This document shows, in pieces, positions 1-17,389 of a stretch of DNA of 64,000 nucleotides. The stretch lies in assembly GCF_003991155.1 (NCBI RefSeq), contig NZ_CP031293.1; one strand, 5' to 3'. Every line of letters starts with the position of its first letter. Position 1 is the stretch's first letter. The notes beneath the pieces are model-generated. The model searched no databases. It was not told the DNA's origin and saw nothing but the letters and a program-made list of their open reading frames with translations. The position numbers and the translations under genes are program-made. This DNA is from Escherichia coli (GTDB lineage Bacteria; Pseudomonadota; Gammaproteobacteria; Enterobacterales; Enterobacteriaceae).

Positions 1-360
<360 letters not shown>

Positions 361-1713
361 TTAATGTGCTTTTTTAAGCTCTGCGATGCAGTCGGCAAAA
401 TTTGGCAACCATTTCTCGTGCGCCAGAATCATCTCGCGTGCCAGCAGCTCAGCATCGCGATCGGAATGCACCAACGGACTAAGGTTTAGGGCCAGTAACA
501 CATCGTTAAACTCTCCGCTAAGTGCGGCGTTGCTGGCAGCAATCTCGAAGCCTTTAATGGTGTGAATCAGCCCCATCACTTTATCATCGAAATGCGTAAT
601 GCGCGGATGTGGCGTCGCGCCATCGCGCCCCAGCGTACAGGTCATTTCTACCGCCCAGTCTGCCGGAATATTATCAATATGCCCATGATGCGGGATATTA
701 ACGTAATGTTCAGCTTGCTTGTCGTTGTAGATAGCGTTGATCACTTCGCACGCTGCATCAGAGTAATAAGCCCCACCGCGCTGTTCCAGTTCTTTCGGCT
801 TAACTTTCAACTCCGGGTTTTTATATAGCTCAAAAAGTTGTTTCTCGACTTTCTGTACTACCTGCGCTCGTGCGCCGCCTTTGTAGTATTCGCCCATTTC
901 AATAGCCAGCATCTCTTTTTGCTTGAAGTAATAAAGCAAATAAGAACACGGCAACAGATTCAGAGAACGAATTAAGCCTTCGCTAAATGGCAGATCGAAA
1001 ATATTTTTAACGCCAGATGCTTTTAACTGCCCGGATGCCACACCATCAAGCAATTCGGCAAAGCGTGATTTGCCATTTACCAGCACATCTTTAATGAACA
1101 CCATATGGTTGAGGCCGAACAGATCGATAGATAAATCATCGCTGTCTTTCAGCATCAGAACATCGCGAATAAACATCTTCATGCCTATCGGAATATTACA
1201 CACGCCGATAAAGCGTTTAAATCCGGTATGACGATAAACGGCTTCAGTGACCATTCCCGCCGGGTTAGTGAAGTTAATCACCCATGCATTCGGACAAAGT
1301 TCTTCGACATCTTTTACGATGTCAAAAATCACCGGAATGGTACGCAGACCTTTAAACAGACCGCCCGCGCCGTTAGTTTCCTGACCAAGATAACCATGAC
1401 TTAATGGAATACGTTCATCCAGTTCGCGCGCCGGTAATTGGCCTACGCGCAGTTGGGTAGTAACGAAATCAGCATCTTTCAATGCTTCGCGGCGATCCAG
1501 CGTTTTATAAAGCTTCATCGGGACGCCAGCGTTATCAATCATCCGTTGGCAGAGATCAAAAATAATATCCAGTTTCTCTTTACCATCTTCGACATCCACC
1601 AGCCATAATTCGCTGACCGGCAATTCGTGATAACGCTTAATAAATCCTTCCAGTAACTCCGGGGTATAGCTGCTCCCGCCACCAATAGTGACGACTTTTA
1701 ATTTCTGGCTCAT
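361..1713 (-). CDS. chbF: 6-phospho-beta-glucosidase (GH4 family, NAD/Mn-dependent)
   Basis: 450-aa ORF, N-terminal KVVTIGGGSSYTPEL Rossmann motif typical of GH4; matches ChbF. Confidence 0.95.
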   Translation of the reverse strand: MSQKLKVVTIGGGSSYTPELLEGFIKRYHELPVSELWLVDVEDGKEKLDIIFDLCQRMIDNAGVPMKLYKTLDRREALKDADFVTTQLRVGQLPARELDERIPLSHGYLGQETNGAGGLFKGLRTIPVIFDIVKDVEELCPNAWVINFTNPAGMVTEAVYRHTGFKRFIGVCNIPIGMKMFIRDVLMLKDSDDLSIDLFGLNHMVFIKDVLVNGKSRFAELLDGVASGQLKASGVKNIFDLPFSEGLIRSLNLLPCSYLLYYFKQKEMLAIEMGEYYKGGARAQVVQKVEKQLFELYKNPELKVKPKELEQRGGAYYSDAACEVINAIYNDKQAEHYVNIPHHGHIDNIPADWAVEMTCTLGRDGATPHPRITHFDDKVMGLIHTIKGFEIAASNAALSGEFNDVLLALNLSPLVHSDRDAELLAREMILAHEKWLPNFADCIAELKKAH

Positions 1714-2140
1714 AATTTCTCCCTTCAGTACAGAATACTGATATCTGGCATATCTGCCCCCCCGGACATAAATAATCCAGCAACAGGACAGATATGTGAA
1801 TTGTCAGGTATAACGACTTACTGATTAAATTCAGTCAATTTCTTACGATAGCTCTTAGGCGTAAAGGACGTTAATTTCTTAAACGTTTTAATAAACAAAC
1901 TCGGGCTACTATAACCGGCCTCAAACGCAATATCCGTCACTGAATAGTTGGTCATTTCCAGTTGTTTTTTGGCAAAATTAATACGGATTTCATTAATAAT
2001 CTGCATTGGCGTTTTGCCATAATATCGTTGAGTCGCTCGCGTCAAATATTCCTGTGATTTGGCTGACAACGTCACCATATTCTCCAGCGCCGATTCACTA
2101 AACTGCTCTTTATCATGCATCTTTTCTACCGTACTTTTCA

Positions 2141-2149
2141 GCCACTGCG
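2141..2149. repeat. IS1 target-site duplication, left copy (GCCACTGCG)
   Basis: Identical 9-mer directly abuts both IS1 ends. Confidence 0.85.
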
Positions 2150-2204
2150 GGTGATGCTGCCAACTTACTGATTTAGTGTATGATGGTGTTTTTGAGGTGC
2201 TCCA

Positions 2205-2480
2205 GTGGCTTCTGTTTCTATCAGCTGTCCCTCCTGTTCAGCTACTGACGGAGTGGTGCGTAACGGCAAAAGCACCGCCGGACATCAGCGCTATCTCTGC
2301 TCTCATTGCCGTAAAACATGGCAACTGCAGTTCACTTACACCGCTTCTCAACCCGGTACGCACCAGAAAATCATTGATATGGCCATGAATGGCGTTGGAT
2401 GCCGGGCAACCGCCCGCATTATGGGCGTTGGCCTCAACACGATTTTCCGCCATTTAAAAAACTCAGGCCGCAGTCGGTAA
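2205..2480 (+). CDS. insA: IS1 InsA (transposition inhibitor / N-terminal part of InsAB' transposase)
   Basis: 91-aa [43 protein letters not shown]..., zinc-finger Cys pairs. Confidence 0.9.
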   Translation: MASVSISCPSCSATDGVVRNGKSTAGHQRYLCSHCRKTWQLQFTYTASQPGTHQKIIDMAMNGVGCRATARIMGVGLNTIFRHLKNSGRSR

Positions 2481-2902
2481 CCTCGCGCATACAGCCGGGC
2501 AGTGACGTCATCGTCTGCGCGGAAATGGACGAACAGTGGGGATACGTCGGGGCTAAATCGCGCCAGCGCTGGCTGTTTTACGCGTATGACAGGCTCCGGA
2601 AGACGGTTGTTGCGCACGTATTCGGTGAACGCACTATGGCGACGCTGGGGCGTCTTATGAGCCTGCTGTCACCCTTTGACGTGGTGATATGGATGACGGA
2701 TGGCTGGCCGCTGTATGAATCCCGCCTGAAGGGAAAGCTGCACGTAATCAGCAAGCGATATACGCAGCGAATTGAGCGGCATAACCTGAATCTGAGGCAG
2801 CACCTGGCACGGCTGGGACGGAAGTCGCTGTCGTTTTCAAAATCGGTGGAGCTGCATGACAAAGTCATCGGGCATTATCTGAACATAAAACACTATCAAT
2901 AA
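2399..2902 (+). CDS. insB: IS1 InsB reading frame (expressed as InsAB' fusion by -1 frameshift)
   Basis: 167-aa ORF in -1 frame relative to insA; coordinates are the open frame as given in the ORF track. Confidence 0.85.
   Translation: MPGNRPHYGRWPQHDFPPFKKLRPQSVTSRIQPGSDVIVCAEMDEQWGYVGAKSRQRWLFYAYDRLRKTVVAHVFGERTMATLGRLMSLLSPFDVVIWMTDGWPLYESRLKGKLHVISKRYTQRIERHNLNLRQHLARLGRKSLSFSKSVELHDKVIGHYLNIKHYQ
2452..2461 (+). other. IS1 programmed -1 ribosomal frameshift motif (TTTAAAAAAC)
   Basis: A6C slippery run near the end of insA where the insB frame overlaps in -1. Confidence 0.7.
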
Positions 2903-2917
2903 GTTGGAGTCATTACC

Positions 2918-2926
2918 GCCACTGCG
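2918..2926. repeat. IS1 target-site duplication, right copy (GCCACTGCG)
   Basis: Identical to 2141..2149. Confidence 0.85.
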
Positions 2927-3444
2927 GTACATCATCAATCACCTGTTCTTCGCGGTAATGACGTAAACGGTTAATGACATAAAAAGTAACCATCTCAACA
3001 AACTCTTCCAGCCCTGTTTCGCGGAAATTCAATGAAGAAATCACTGTTTCCACATAGGTGAGAAAAGCGTTATTGGTCCGGTATACCTGCGAAGCTACAA
3101 AGCAATAAGGCAACAACGGCAGGTAATGCTGCTCAAAAAAGCGTTTACTGATCCCAACGTTCAATATGCGCGTGGCACCAAACTCATAAAAACTTTGATG
3201 GTGCGAACCTAACGGAATAAAAACAAAATCGCCCCGTTCCAGTAACACGCGCTTACCGTTAATCTCCTGGAAATAACGCCCGGTTAATACCAGAGTAAAT
3301 TCATAATAGTCGTGCTGATGCAGTCCGCTGATACTCTCAGTTTTGTTATAGATAAACACATGGAAATTTTTGCCATTAAACAACTGCTGTTCTCGGGCGG
3401 TGGCAATTTCCGGCGCGTTAATCACTGGCTGCATCATCGACTCC

Positions 3445-3795
3445 TTATGCCTTCAGTTTTTCATGAAGCTCAATTAATTCAGTAATCAGTTCACGCGCAA
3501 GCATGGACGTCATTAAATGATCCTGAGCGTGGACCAGCACCAGACTCACTTTCATCTTACCTTCGCCCGCATCGCCTTCAATCAGTTTCGTCTGTACCAG
3601 ATGCGCTTCATTCAATGCCATCCGTGACTGATCCATCATGGCTTTTGCTGCGGCAAAATCGCCCTGCTTCGCCTGTTTCAGTGCCGCATACGCCAGGCTG
3701 CGCGCTTGTCCGGAGTTGATGATAAGCCCCATCACCACTTCTTCCAGCTCTTCAGCTTCTGTTTGCGTATCGGGAATGTTATCGAGATCCATCAT
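3445..3795 (-). CDS. chbA: PTS chitobiose-specific EIIA component
   Basis: 116-aa ORF, lactose/cellobiose-family IIA; position between chbR and chbC. Confidence 0.9.
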
Positions 3796-3845
3796 ACATC
3801 GTTCCTCTCTTTTCTTACCGGCACGATTACCCGTACCGGCATCGA

Positions 3846-5204
3846 TTAAAATTTCAGGGCGTTAGCGATATCTTCTTCGCTCTCTTCTTTATCAATCGCG
3901 TTTTGTGCTTTGTTAGCGACCACAACAAAGGGCAGATAAATTAACGTTGCGATACCAAGGTTGAAGAGTGCAACCAGCAATGCGGCGACGCTACCGTTGG
4001 TGTTAAAGAAGGCTCCCAGACCGGTTGGCATGGTCCACGGTGCAATATTGGTCACCGGAGGAATAATGCCCATGTAGTACGCTGCCAGGGTGATTGCCGC
4101 CAGAATCGGTTGTACCAGTACAAACGGGATAAACATCACCGGGTTCATGATAATTGGCAGACCAAACAGAATCGGTTCGTTAATCTGGAAGATGCCGGAC
4201 GGCAGCGCCAGTTTTGCCACCTGACGATAATCAGCACGGCGAGAGGCGATAAAGATAGCCAGGATCAGACCTAAAGTCGCACCACTGCCCCCAAGGAAAA
4301 TAAAGGAGTCCAGCATCGGCTTGGCCCAGATATGGAAGGTCTTACCGGCTGCCAGCGCCGCTTCGACGGAACCATATTGCTGATAGGTCGCGATATTTTC
4401 CAGCGCCCACGGCGTCATAATGCCGTTGTCCAGTGCGGTCAGCGCCAGCGCACCATGAATACCGAAGAACCAGAGCAGTGGAACAAAGATCACATAGGCC
4501 CAGCCCACCACGCTACCCAACGATGCCAGTGGGGTTGAGATGGTATCCATAATGATCTGATGGAAGTTGGTGCCCCAGGTATTCAACGCCCAGGCAATAA
4601 TCCCCATCACGGAAAGAATAATAAAGCCGGGAATTAAAGCCGAGAAGGAACGCGATACTGAAGCAGGTACGCTATCGGGCAATTTAATGACCCAATTGCG
4701 GCGGACAATAAAGGTAAACATTTCTGCCACCACCAGGCCAATAATAATCCCGGAGATGATATTCGCCCCACCTAACCAGTTTGCGCCAACCGCATAGGCC
4801 TCACCGACACTATATGGGGTGACGGTCATAAATGCTGCAACGGATAACAACCCAGCCGCCAGCGCATCGACTTTACGCTCTTCTGCCAGCGCCATGCCAA
4901 TAAAGAACGGTGCCATTAAAGACATTATCCCTAATGTTCCGTTATATACGTTGCCGCCAATACCTTTCAGACCATTAAGTGTTTCAATGGTTGAGGCATC
5001 CAGGCGAATACCTAAGGAATAAAAAAACGACCCCTCCCCAAAGCTTAGAAAAACGTTGTTAATTAATACAAACATGGCCCCCGCAAGGGTTAACGGCATT
5101 AAGCGAATAAAGCCATTTTTGATTGCATTAACGTGTGGCTGCTTTCCTATTTTAACTGCAAAAGGGAGGAGTACCTTTTCAAGCGATGCAATAACATTAC
5201 TCAT
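3846..5204 (-). CDS. chbC: PTS chitobiose-specific EIIC permease
   Basis: 452-aa polytopic membrane protein, PTS EIIC lactose/cellobiose family. Confidence 0.9.
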
Positions 5205-5287
5205 AGAAAAATACCCTTAAAAACCGCAATTTAAATATTGCGGTATTGATTTATGAAATAACTCTTTGACGGGAAAATTTAAAAAAA

Positions 5288-5608
5288 TTAATTTGCTGCG
5301 GCTTTTTTAATCGCTGCAACCGCAGCCTTAAGCACGCCTAAACCATCGACTTTGCCATAAAGCAACGAGTCAATTACTTCAACCGGTTTGTTGGGTAACA
5401 AACGCTGGATTTCGGGCAACATATAAGCAATCTGCGGCCCTAATAACACGACATCGGCATTCTGACCTTTTTCACCAGCCAGTGTTTCCGGAAATGCTTC
5501 AATAATGACCGGAACTTCATATTTTTCTGCCTGTGCGCGCATTTTTGATACCAGTAAAGAGGTAGACATGCCCGCAGAACAAAACAGATAAATGTGTTTC
5601 TTTTCCAT
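5288..5608 (-). CDS. chbB: PTS chitobiose-specific EIIB component
   Basis: Start placed at internal Met ([20 protein letters not shown]...), phospho-Cys motif CSAGMSTS; ORF-track start 5647 is an upstream in-frame extension. Confidence 0.85.
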   Translation of the reverse strand: MEKKHIYLFCSAGMSTSLLVSKMRAQAEKYEVPVIIEAFPETLAGEKGQNADVVLLGPQIAYMLPEIQRLLPNKPVEVIDSLLYGKVDGLGVLKAAVAAIKKAAAN

Positions 5609-5790
5609 AAAACTGCCCTCATCGACGATTATCTGTAAGCCAGACACTCCGCAAGCCTTAACCTGCTTCCATGCTCTGGGTAACTTGCGAAACCAACATG
5701 ACTTTTTTTGTGGCTGAAAGGAGTATACGGTATAGACCTGAGCAATAGTATTTCTTTGACCTTATAAATTGTCTCTCCTTGACCTGCGGT

Positions 5791-5806
5791 TATGACCCTC
5801 TTCACA
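5791..5806 (-). promoter_or_regulatory. candidate CRP site in chb promoter region (TGTGAAGAGGGTCATA on minus strand)
   Basis: Matches TGTGA-N6-TCACA with one mismatch; the chb operon is known to be CRP-dependent; exact site not verified. Confidence 0.35.
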
Positions 5807-5848
5807 TTTCGGGCAAATAATTCGCGAAGATAATTAAGAACTCAGGCC

Positions 5849-5876
5849 AAAAAAAACCGGCGCAATGGCCGGTTTC
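5849..5876 (-). terminator. rho-independent terminator downstream of osmE (bidirectional hairpin ACCGGC-GCAATG-GCCGGT with flanking A/T runs)
   Basis: GC-rich stem followed by U-run on the minus-strand transcript. Confidence 0.6.
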
Positions 5877-5906
5877 CGTTGTAACTCAAGCTTTCAGGCG
5901 AAGTGA

Positions 5907-6245
5907 TTACTTCGCAGCCTGTGGATCAGTGTCGTATTCAGCACAGGTCTGATAACCGGAGTTGATGACATGTCCGGTATCATCTAACGCGACAAAGTAG
6001 GTTTCTGCTTTACCATCACGTTGACCCAGGATGTAGGTCTGGCAAGTACCACGAGCATGGATCATGCTCACTTCAGACGAAGGTTTACCCGCAATTTGTG
6101 CAACCTGCGCCCGGCTCATGCCTTTTTTGACGTCTTTCACCACAGGCTGTACAAACTGGTCTTTGGTACGATCATAAGCCGTACAACCCGCCAGCATGGT
6201 TAATACCGCCGCTGCACTCAGAATTCCTGCCATATTCTTGTTCAT
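5907..6245 (-). CDS. osmE: osmotically inducible lipoprotein OsmE
   Basis: 112-aa ORF with signal peptide and lipobox (LAGC). Confidence 0.9.
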
Positions 6246-6446
6246 ATTCCGTCCTCTTGTTTATCAGCGTGTTAGATAAGCCTGGAATACATTGGGCGCT
6301 TTTTCAAGCCCGTGAACGAAACGGCTCCGCTTTCAGAGGATTCCTGTATGACGTTTTAACCACCATTCAGCCCGCTGTCGCTTGTCGTTTCAGTAGCAAC
6401 GGGTTAGCTTTAAGGAAGTTTTGTCTTTTCTGTCTGGAGGGGTTCA

Positions 6447-7274
6447 ATGACATTGCAACAACAAATAATAAAGGCGCTGGGCGCAAAACCGCAGATTAAT
6501 GCTGAAGAGGAAATTCGTCGTAGTGTCGATTTTCTGAAAAGCTACCTGCAAACTTATCCGTTCATTAAATCACTGGTGCTAGGGATCAGCGGCGGTCAGG
6601 ACTCCACGCTTGCCGGTAAGCTGTGCCAGATGGCGATTAATGAGCTGCGCCAGGAAACCGGCAACGAATCACTGCAATTTATTGCCGTACGCCTGCCCTA
6701 TGGTGTTCAGGCCGACGAACAAGATTGCCAGGATGCCATTGCCTTTATTCAACCGGATCGCGTATTAACCGTTAATGTCAAGGGCGCGGTATTGGCCAGC
6801 GAACAGGCGCTGCGCGAAGCGGGTATTGAATTAAGTGATTTTGTCCGTGGCAATGAAAAAGCGCGTGAGCGGATGAAAGCACAATATAGCATTGCGGGTA
6901 TGACCAGCGGTGTCGTGGTGGGCACCGATCATGCAGCAGAAGCCATTACCGGATTCTTCACTAAATATGGTGACGGCGGTACAGACATTAATCCACTGTA
7001 TCGTCTCAACAAACGTCAGGGTAAACAGTTACTGGCAGCATTAGGTTGCCCGGAACACCTTTATAAGAAAGCGCCAACTGCCGATCTGGAAGATGATCGC
7101 CCTTCTCTGCCAGATGAAGTGGCACTCGGCGTGACCTATGACAATATCGACGACTATCTGGAAGGGAAAAACCTACCTGAACAGGTCGCCAGAACAATAG
7201 AGAACTGGTATCTGAAAACCGAACATAAACGCCGTCCGCCAATTACCGTTTTCGATGATTTCTGGAAGAAGTAA
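6447..7274 (+). CDS. nadE: NH3-dependent NAD+ synthetase
   Basis: 275-aa ORF with SGGQDS PP-loop ATP pyrophosphatase motif. Confidence 0.95.
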   Translation: MTLQQQIIKALGAKPQINAEEEIRRSVDFLKSYLQTYPFIKSLVLGISGGQDSTLAGKLCQMAINELRQETGNESLQFIAVRLPYGVQADEQDCQDAIAFIQPDRVLTVNVKGAVLASEQALREAGIELSDFVRGNEKARERMKAQYSIAGMTSGVVVGTDHAAEAITGFFTKYGDGGTDINPLYRLNKRQGKQLLAALGCPEHLYKKAPTADLEDDRPSLPDEVALGVTYDNIDDYLEGKNLPEQVARTIENWYLKTEHKRRPPITVFDDFWKK

Positions 7275-7310
7275 TAATTTGCACATATTGGTTTGTGCGA
7301 AAAAGAGTAC

Positions 7311-7353
7311 TTTGTTCACGCCGGATGCGGCGTGAACGCCTTATTCGACCTAC
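7311..7353. repeat. REP-type extragenic palindrome (GTTCACGCCGGATGCGGCGTGAACGCCTTATTCGACCTAC)
   Basis: Resembles the E. coli REP consensus GCCGGATGCGGCGTGAACGCCTTATCCGGCCTAC. Confidence 0.6.
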
Positions 7354-7472
7354 AAAACTATGCAAATTCAATATATTGCATGAGTCGAATAGGACTGACA
7401 GGCGTAGCACGTCTCACGGTGTAACCTTTGTCATCGCCCCGCCTCTTTTTTAATCGCTCCCCGCCTGTTACA

Positions 7473-7488
7473 CTGGATAGATAACCAG
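7473..7488 (+). promoter_or_regulatory. candidate LexA (SOS) box CTGGATAGATAACCAG upstream of cho
   Basis: CTG-N10-CAG with AT-rich centre, 16 bp upstream of the cho GTG start; cho is a known SOS gene. Confidence 0.5.
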
Positions 7489-7503
7489 CACTCGGAGTCA
7501 ACA

Positions 7504-9004
<1,501 letters not shown>

Positions 9005-9042
9005 TTAGTGGCGATCAGGCTTTTTTTGCATCTGTTTGAGAA

Positions 9043-9117
9043 CAAAAAAGAAAACCGCCGATCCTGTCCACCGCATTACTGCAAGGTAGTGGACAAGACC
9101 GGCGGTCTTAAGTTTTT
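9043..9117 (-). terminator. spy terminator: long imperfect hairpin (9054..9106) flanked by an A-run and a T-run, bidirectional
   Basis: Arms ACCGCCGATCCTGTCCAC / GTGGACAAGACCGGCGGT pair at 16 of 18 positions; U-run on both strands. Confidence 0.55.
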
Positions 9118-9128
9118 TGGCTGAAAGA

Positions 9129-9614
9129 TTATTCAGCAGTTGCAGGCATTTTACCTTTTGCCGCTGGACGTTCTGTCAGACGCTTCTCAAAATTAGCATT
9201 AAATTGCTTTTTCTGTTCCGGCGTCAGGATGTTGTAAATCTTGTTCTGGGTTTCCATGTGCGCCAGCATGTTAGCTTTGCGCTGTTCTTCCATTTTTGCG
9301 ATCTGCGCTTCAGCTTTTGCTTTATCGAAGGTATCGCTGGCAATGATGTCATGCATTGCGCGGCGTTCTTCCAGCGGCGGACGTTTCATCTGGTCACGCT
9401 GGCCTTTCATGATTTCGCGGATCTGCTGTTTCTGCGCGTCGGTCAGGTTCAGGTCTTTGAACATCATGTCCTGATGCGGACCGAACTTGCCTTTGTGGTG
9501 CATCATCGGCTTCGCGTCAGCCGGTGCTGCGGTAGTGGTGTCTGCGGCATGGGCCAGGTTAGCCGCGCCAAGAGCCAGGGTAGAGGCAACAAACAGTGCA
9601 GTTAATTTACGCAT
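9129..9614 (-). CDS. spy: periplasmic ATP-independent chaperone Spy
   Basis: 161-aa ORF with signal peptide and LTDAQKQQIREIM motif (CpxP/Spy family). Confidence 0.95.
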   Translation of the reverse strand: MRKLTALFVASTLALGAANLAHAADTTTAAPADAKPMMHHKGKFGPHQDMMFKDLNLTDAQKQQIREIMKGQRDQMKRPPLEERRAMHDIIASDTFDKAKAEAQIAKMEEQRKANMLAHMETQNKIYNILTPEQKKQFNANFEKRLTERPAAKGKMPATAE

Positions 9615-9752
9615 ATTCTATATCCTTCCTTTCAGTTATTTATTACGGCTTTCTTAAGTAGCGTGCCGTGTTGACGAGATTAACTTTACTGACTTTAGCG
9701 TCAATTAATCAGAGCAACGGTAAAACAATGAAAGTGTAAAAAACACTTTTGC

Positions 9753-9770
9753 GCCAATTATGGAGAAAAA
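9753..9770 (-). promoter_or_regulatory. BaeR box upstream of spy (TTTTTCTCCATAATTGGC on spy strand)
   Basis: Exact match to the BaeR consensus TTTTTCTCCATDATTGGC as I recall it, about 140 bp upstream of the spy start. Confidence 0.55.
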
Positions 9771-9916
9771 AAGAAAATTTGATGGAGAGTAATGAGAAAA
9801 TATTACAACACGATGATTTTGCAGAGATTATGAAGAACTATACCGGATGACTGGTGATAAATAAAGCAAATAACCAGGATTAATCTGTATTAATTTATAA
9901 GAAAGTAACTTAATAC

Positions 9917-9938
9917 CCGCAGAATGATTTCTGCGGGT
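9917..9938 (-). terminator. hairpin (CCCGCAGAA-TGAT-TTCTGCGGG) immediately downstream of astE; possible ast operon terminator
   Basis: Perfect 9-bp stem; U-tract on the minus transcript is weak. Confidence 0.4.
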
Positions 9939-9943
9939 AAGTA

Positions 9944-16007
<6,064 letters not shown>

Positions 16008-16043
16008 TTAATAATAAGTAATGTTTGCGCTGTAAATGTAGAT

Positions 16044-16059
16044 TGCAGGGTTCGTGCCA
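16044..16059 (-). promoter_or_regulatory. sigma54 (-24/-12) promoter candidate for astC: TGGCACGAACCCTGCA
   Basis: GG-N10-GC spacing, one mismatch to TGGCAC-N5-TTGCA; about 70 nt upstream of astC; ast operon is known to be NtrC/sigma54 controlled. Confidence 0.55.
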
Positions 16060-16416
16060 GCCAGTGATAAAAGTGCATAAACGGCGGAGGCTAACTGAAA
16101 ATCAAGGAGTTATAACCACATCATATGCATTTAAAGTGCATATAAAGTGAATACGTTTGCGATGTGGGTGAATAAAAAGAATAAAAAACGCAATGTTATG
16201 CAGAAGTAAAATATAATTCTGGAATTGTGATCATTGACGAAATTTACTGGAAATTACTGCGCCATTCTGACGCAGCGCGCACCAAAAGCGGGCATTTTTT
16301 GCGCCATCGTTGACATCATTAACAACCATCGATCAAATCACTTAACAACAGGCGGTAAGCAAAGCGAAATTCTGCTACCATCCACGCACTCTTTATCTGA
16401 ATAAATGGCAGCGACT

Positions 16417-17223
16417 ATGAAATTTGTCTCTTTTAATATCAACGGCCTGCGCGCCAGACCTCACCAGCTTGAAGCCATCGTCGAAAAGCACCAGCCGGAT
16501 GTGATTGGCCTGCAGGAGACAAAAGTTCATGACGATATGTTTCCACTCGAAGAGGTGGCGAAGCTCGGCTACAACGTGTTTTATCACGGGCAGAAAGGCC
16601 ATTACGGCGTGGCATTGTTGACCAAAGAGACGCCGATTGCTGTGCGTCGCGGCTTCCCTGACGACGGCGAAGAGGCACAACGGCGAATTATTATGGCGGA
16701 AATCCCCTCGCCGCTGGGTAATGTCACCGTGATCAACGGTTACTTCCCACAGGGCGAAAGTCGCGACCATCCGATTAAATTCCCGGCGAAAGCGCAGTTT
16801 TATCAGAACCTGCAAAACTATCTCGAAACCGAACTTAAGCGTGAAAATCCGGTGCTGATTATGGGCGATATGAATATCAGTCCTGGCGACCTGGATATTG
16901 GCATTGGCGAAGAGAACCGTAAGCGCTGGCTGCGTACCGGAAAATGTTCTTTCCTTCCGGAGGAACGCGAATGGATGGAGAGACTGATGAGCTGGGGGTT
17001 GGTCGATACCTTCCGCCATGCGAATCCGCAAACAGCAGATCGTTTCTCATGGTTTGATTACCGCTCAAAAGGTTTTGACGATAACCGTGGTCTGCGCATC
17101 GACCTGCTGCTCGCCAGCCAACCGCTGGCAGAATGTTGCGTAGAAACCGGCATCGACTATGAAATCCGCAGCATGGAAAAACCGTCCGATCACGCGCCTG
17201 TGTGGGCGACCTTCCGCCGCTAA
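16417..17223 (+). CDS. xthA: exodeoxyribonuclease III (AP endonuclease)
   Basis: Start at internal Met ([13 protein letters not shown]...) giving 268 aa. Confidence 0.95.
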   Translation: MKFVSFNINGLRARPHQLEAIVEKHQPDVIGLQETKVHDDMFPLEEVAKLGYNVFYHGQKGHYGVALLTKETPIAVRRGFPDDGEEAQRRIIMAEIPSPLGNVTVINGYFPQGESRDHPIKFPAKAQFYQNLQNYLETELKRENPVLIMGDMNISPGDLDIGIGEENRKRWLRTGKCSFLPEEREWMERLMSWGLVDTFRHANPQTADRFSWFDYRSKGFDDNRGLRIDLLLASQPLAECCVETGIDYEIRSMEKPSDHAPVWATFRR

Positions 17224-17389
17224 TTTAGCTGCTCTCCTGGCACAAACGGAGTCAGGAGAATTAACCTTGAGAAAAATCAACAAACTGTCAGTAATGATTT
17301 GTTGCCTGCCGTCCTTTGTTATACCGTCACAGCGTTTTTAGTTGTCTGACCACTTCTCTATTATCAAGTTTGATATAGGAAACTCCACG

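Larger units (their letters stand above)
2150..2917 (+). mobile_element. IS1: Insertion sequence IS1 (768 bp), complete
   Basis: Terminal inverted repeats GGTGATGCTGCCAACTTACTGAT (2150..2172) and ATCAATAAGTTGGAGTCATTACC (2895..2917); encodes InsA and InsB; 768 bp. Confidence 0.95.
1818..3437 (-). pseudogene. chbR: chbR (AraC-family chb operon regulator) interrupted by IS1; fragments 1818..2149 (C-terminal HTH part) and 2918..3437 (N-terminal sensor part)
   Basis: 174-aa ORF 2913..3437 ends ...DDVPQWR with stop supplied by IS1 end; frame continues after the IS as ...[16 protein letters not shown]... to stop at 1818; the two parts sum to about 280 aa. Confidence 0.85.

Noticed and set aside
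9117-9605. 162-aa plus-strand ORF
   Set aside because: Antisense to spy.
9719-9744. CpxR box (GTAAA repeats) upstream of spy
   Set aside because: The repeats I can see are spaced 11 nt apart, not the canonical 5; could not place a confident site without a matrix scan.
16100-16250. ArgR and NtrC operator sites upstream of astC
   Set aside because: AT-rich TGAAT-containing repeats are present but none matches the 18-bp ARG box well enough to call by eye.
16393-17031. 212-aa minus-strand ORF
   Set aside because: Lies entirely antisense within xthA; shadow ORF of a highly expressed, well-characterised gene.
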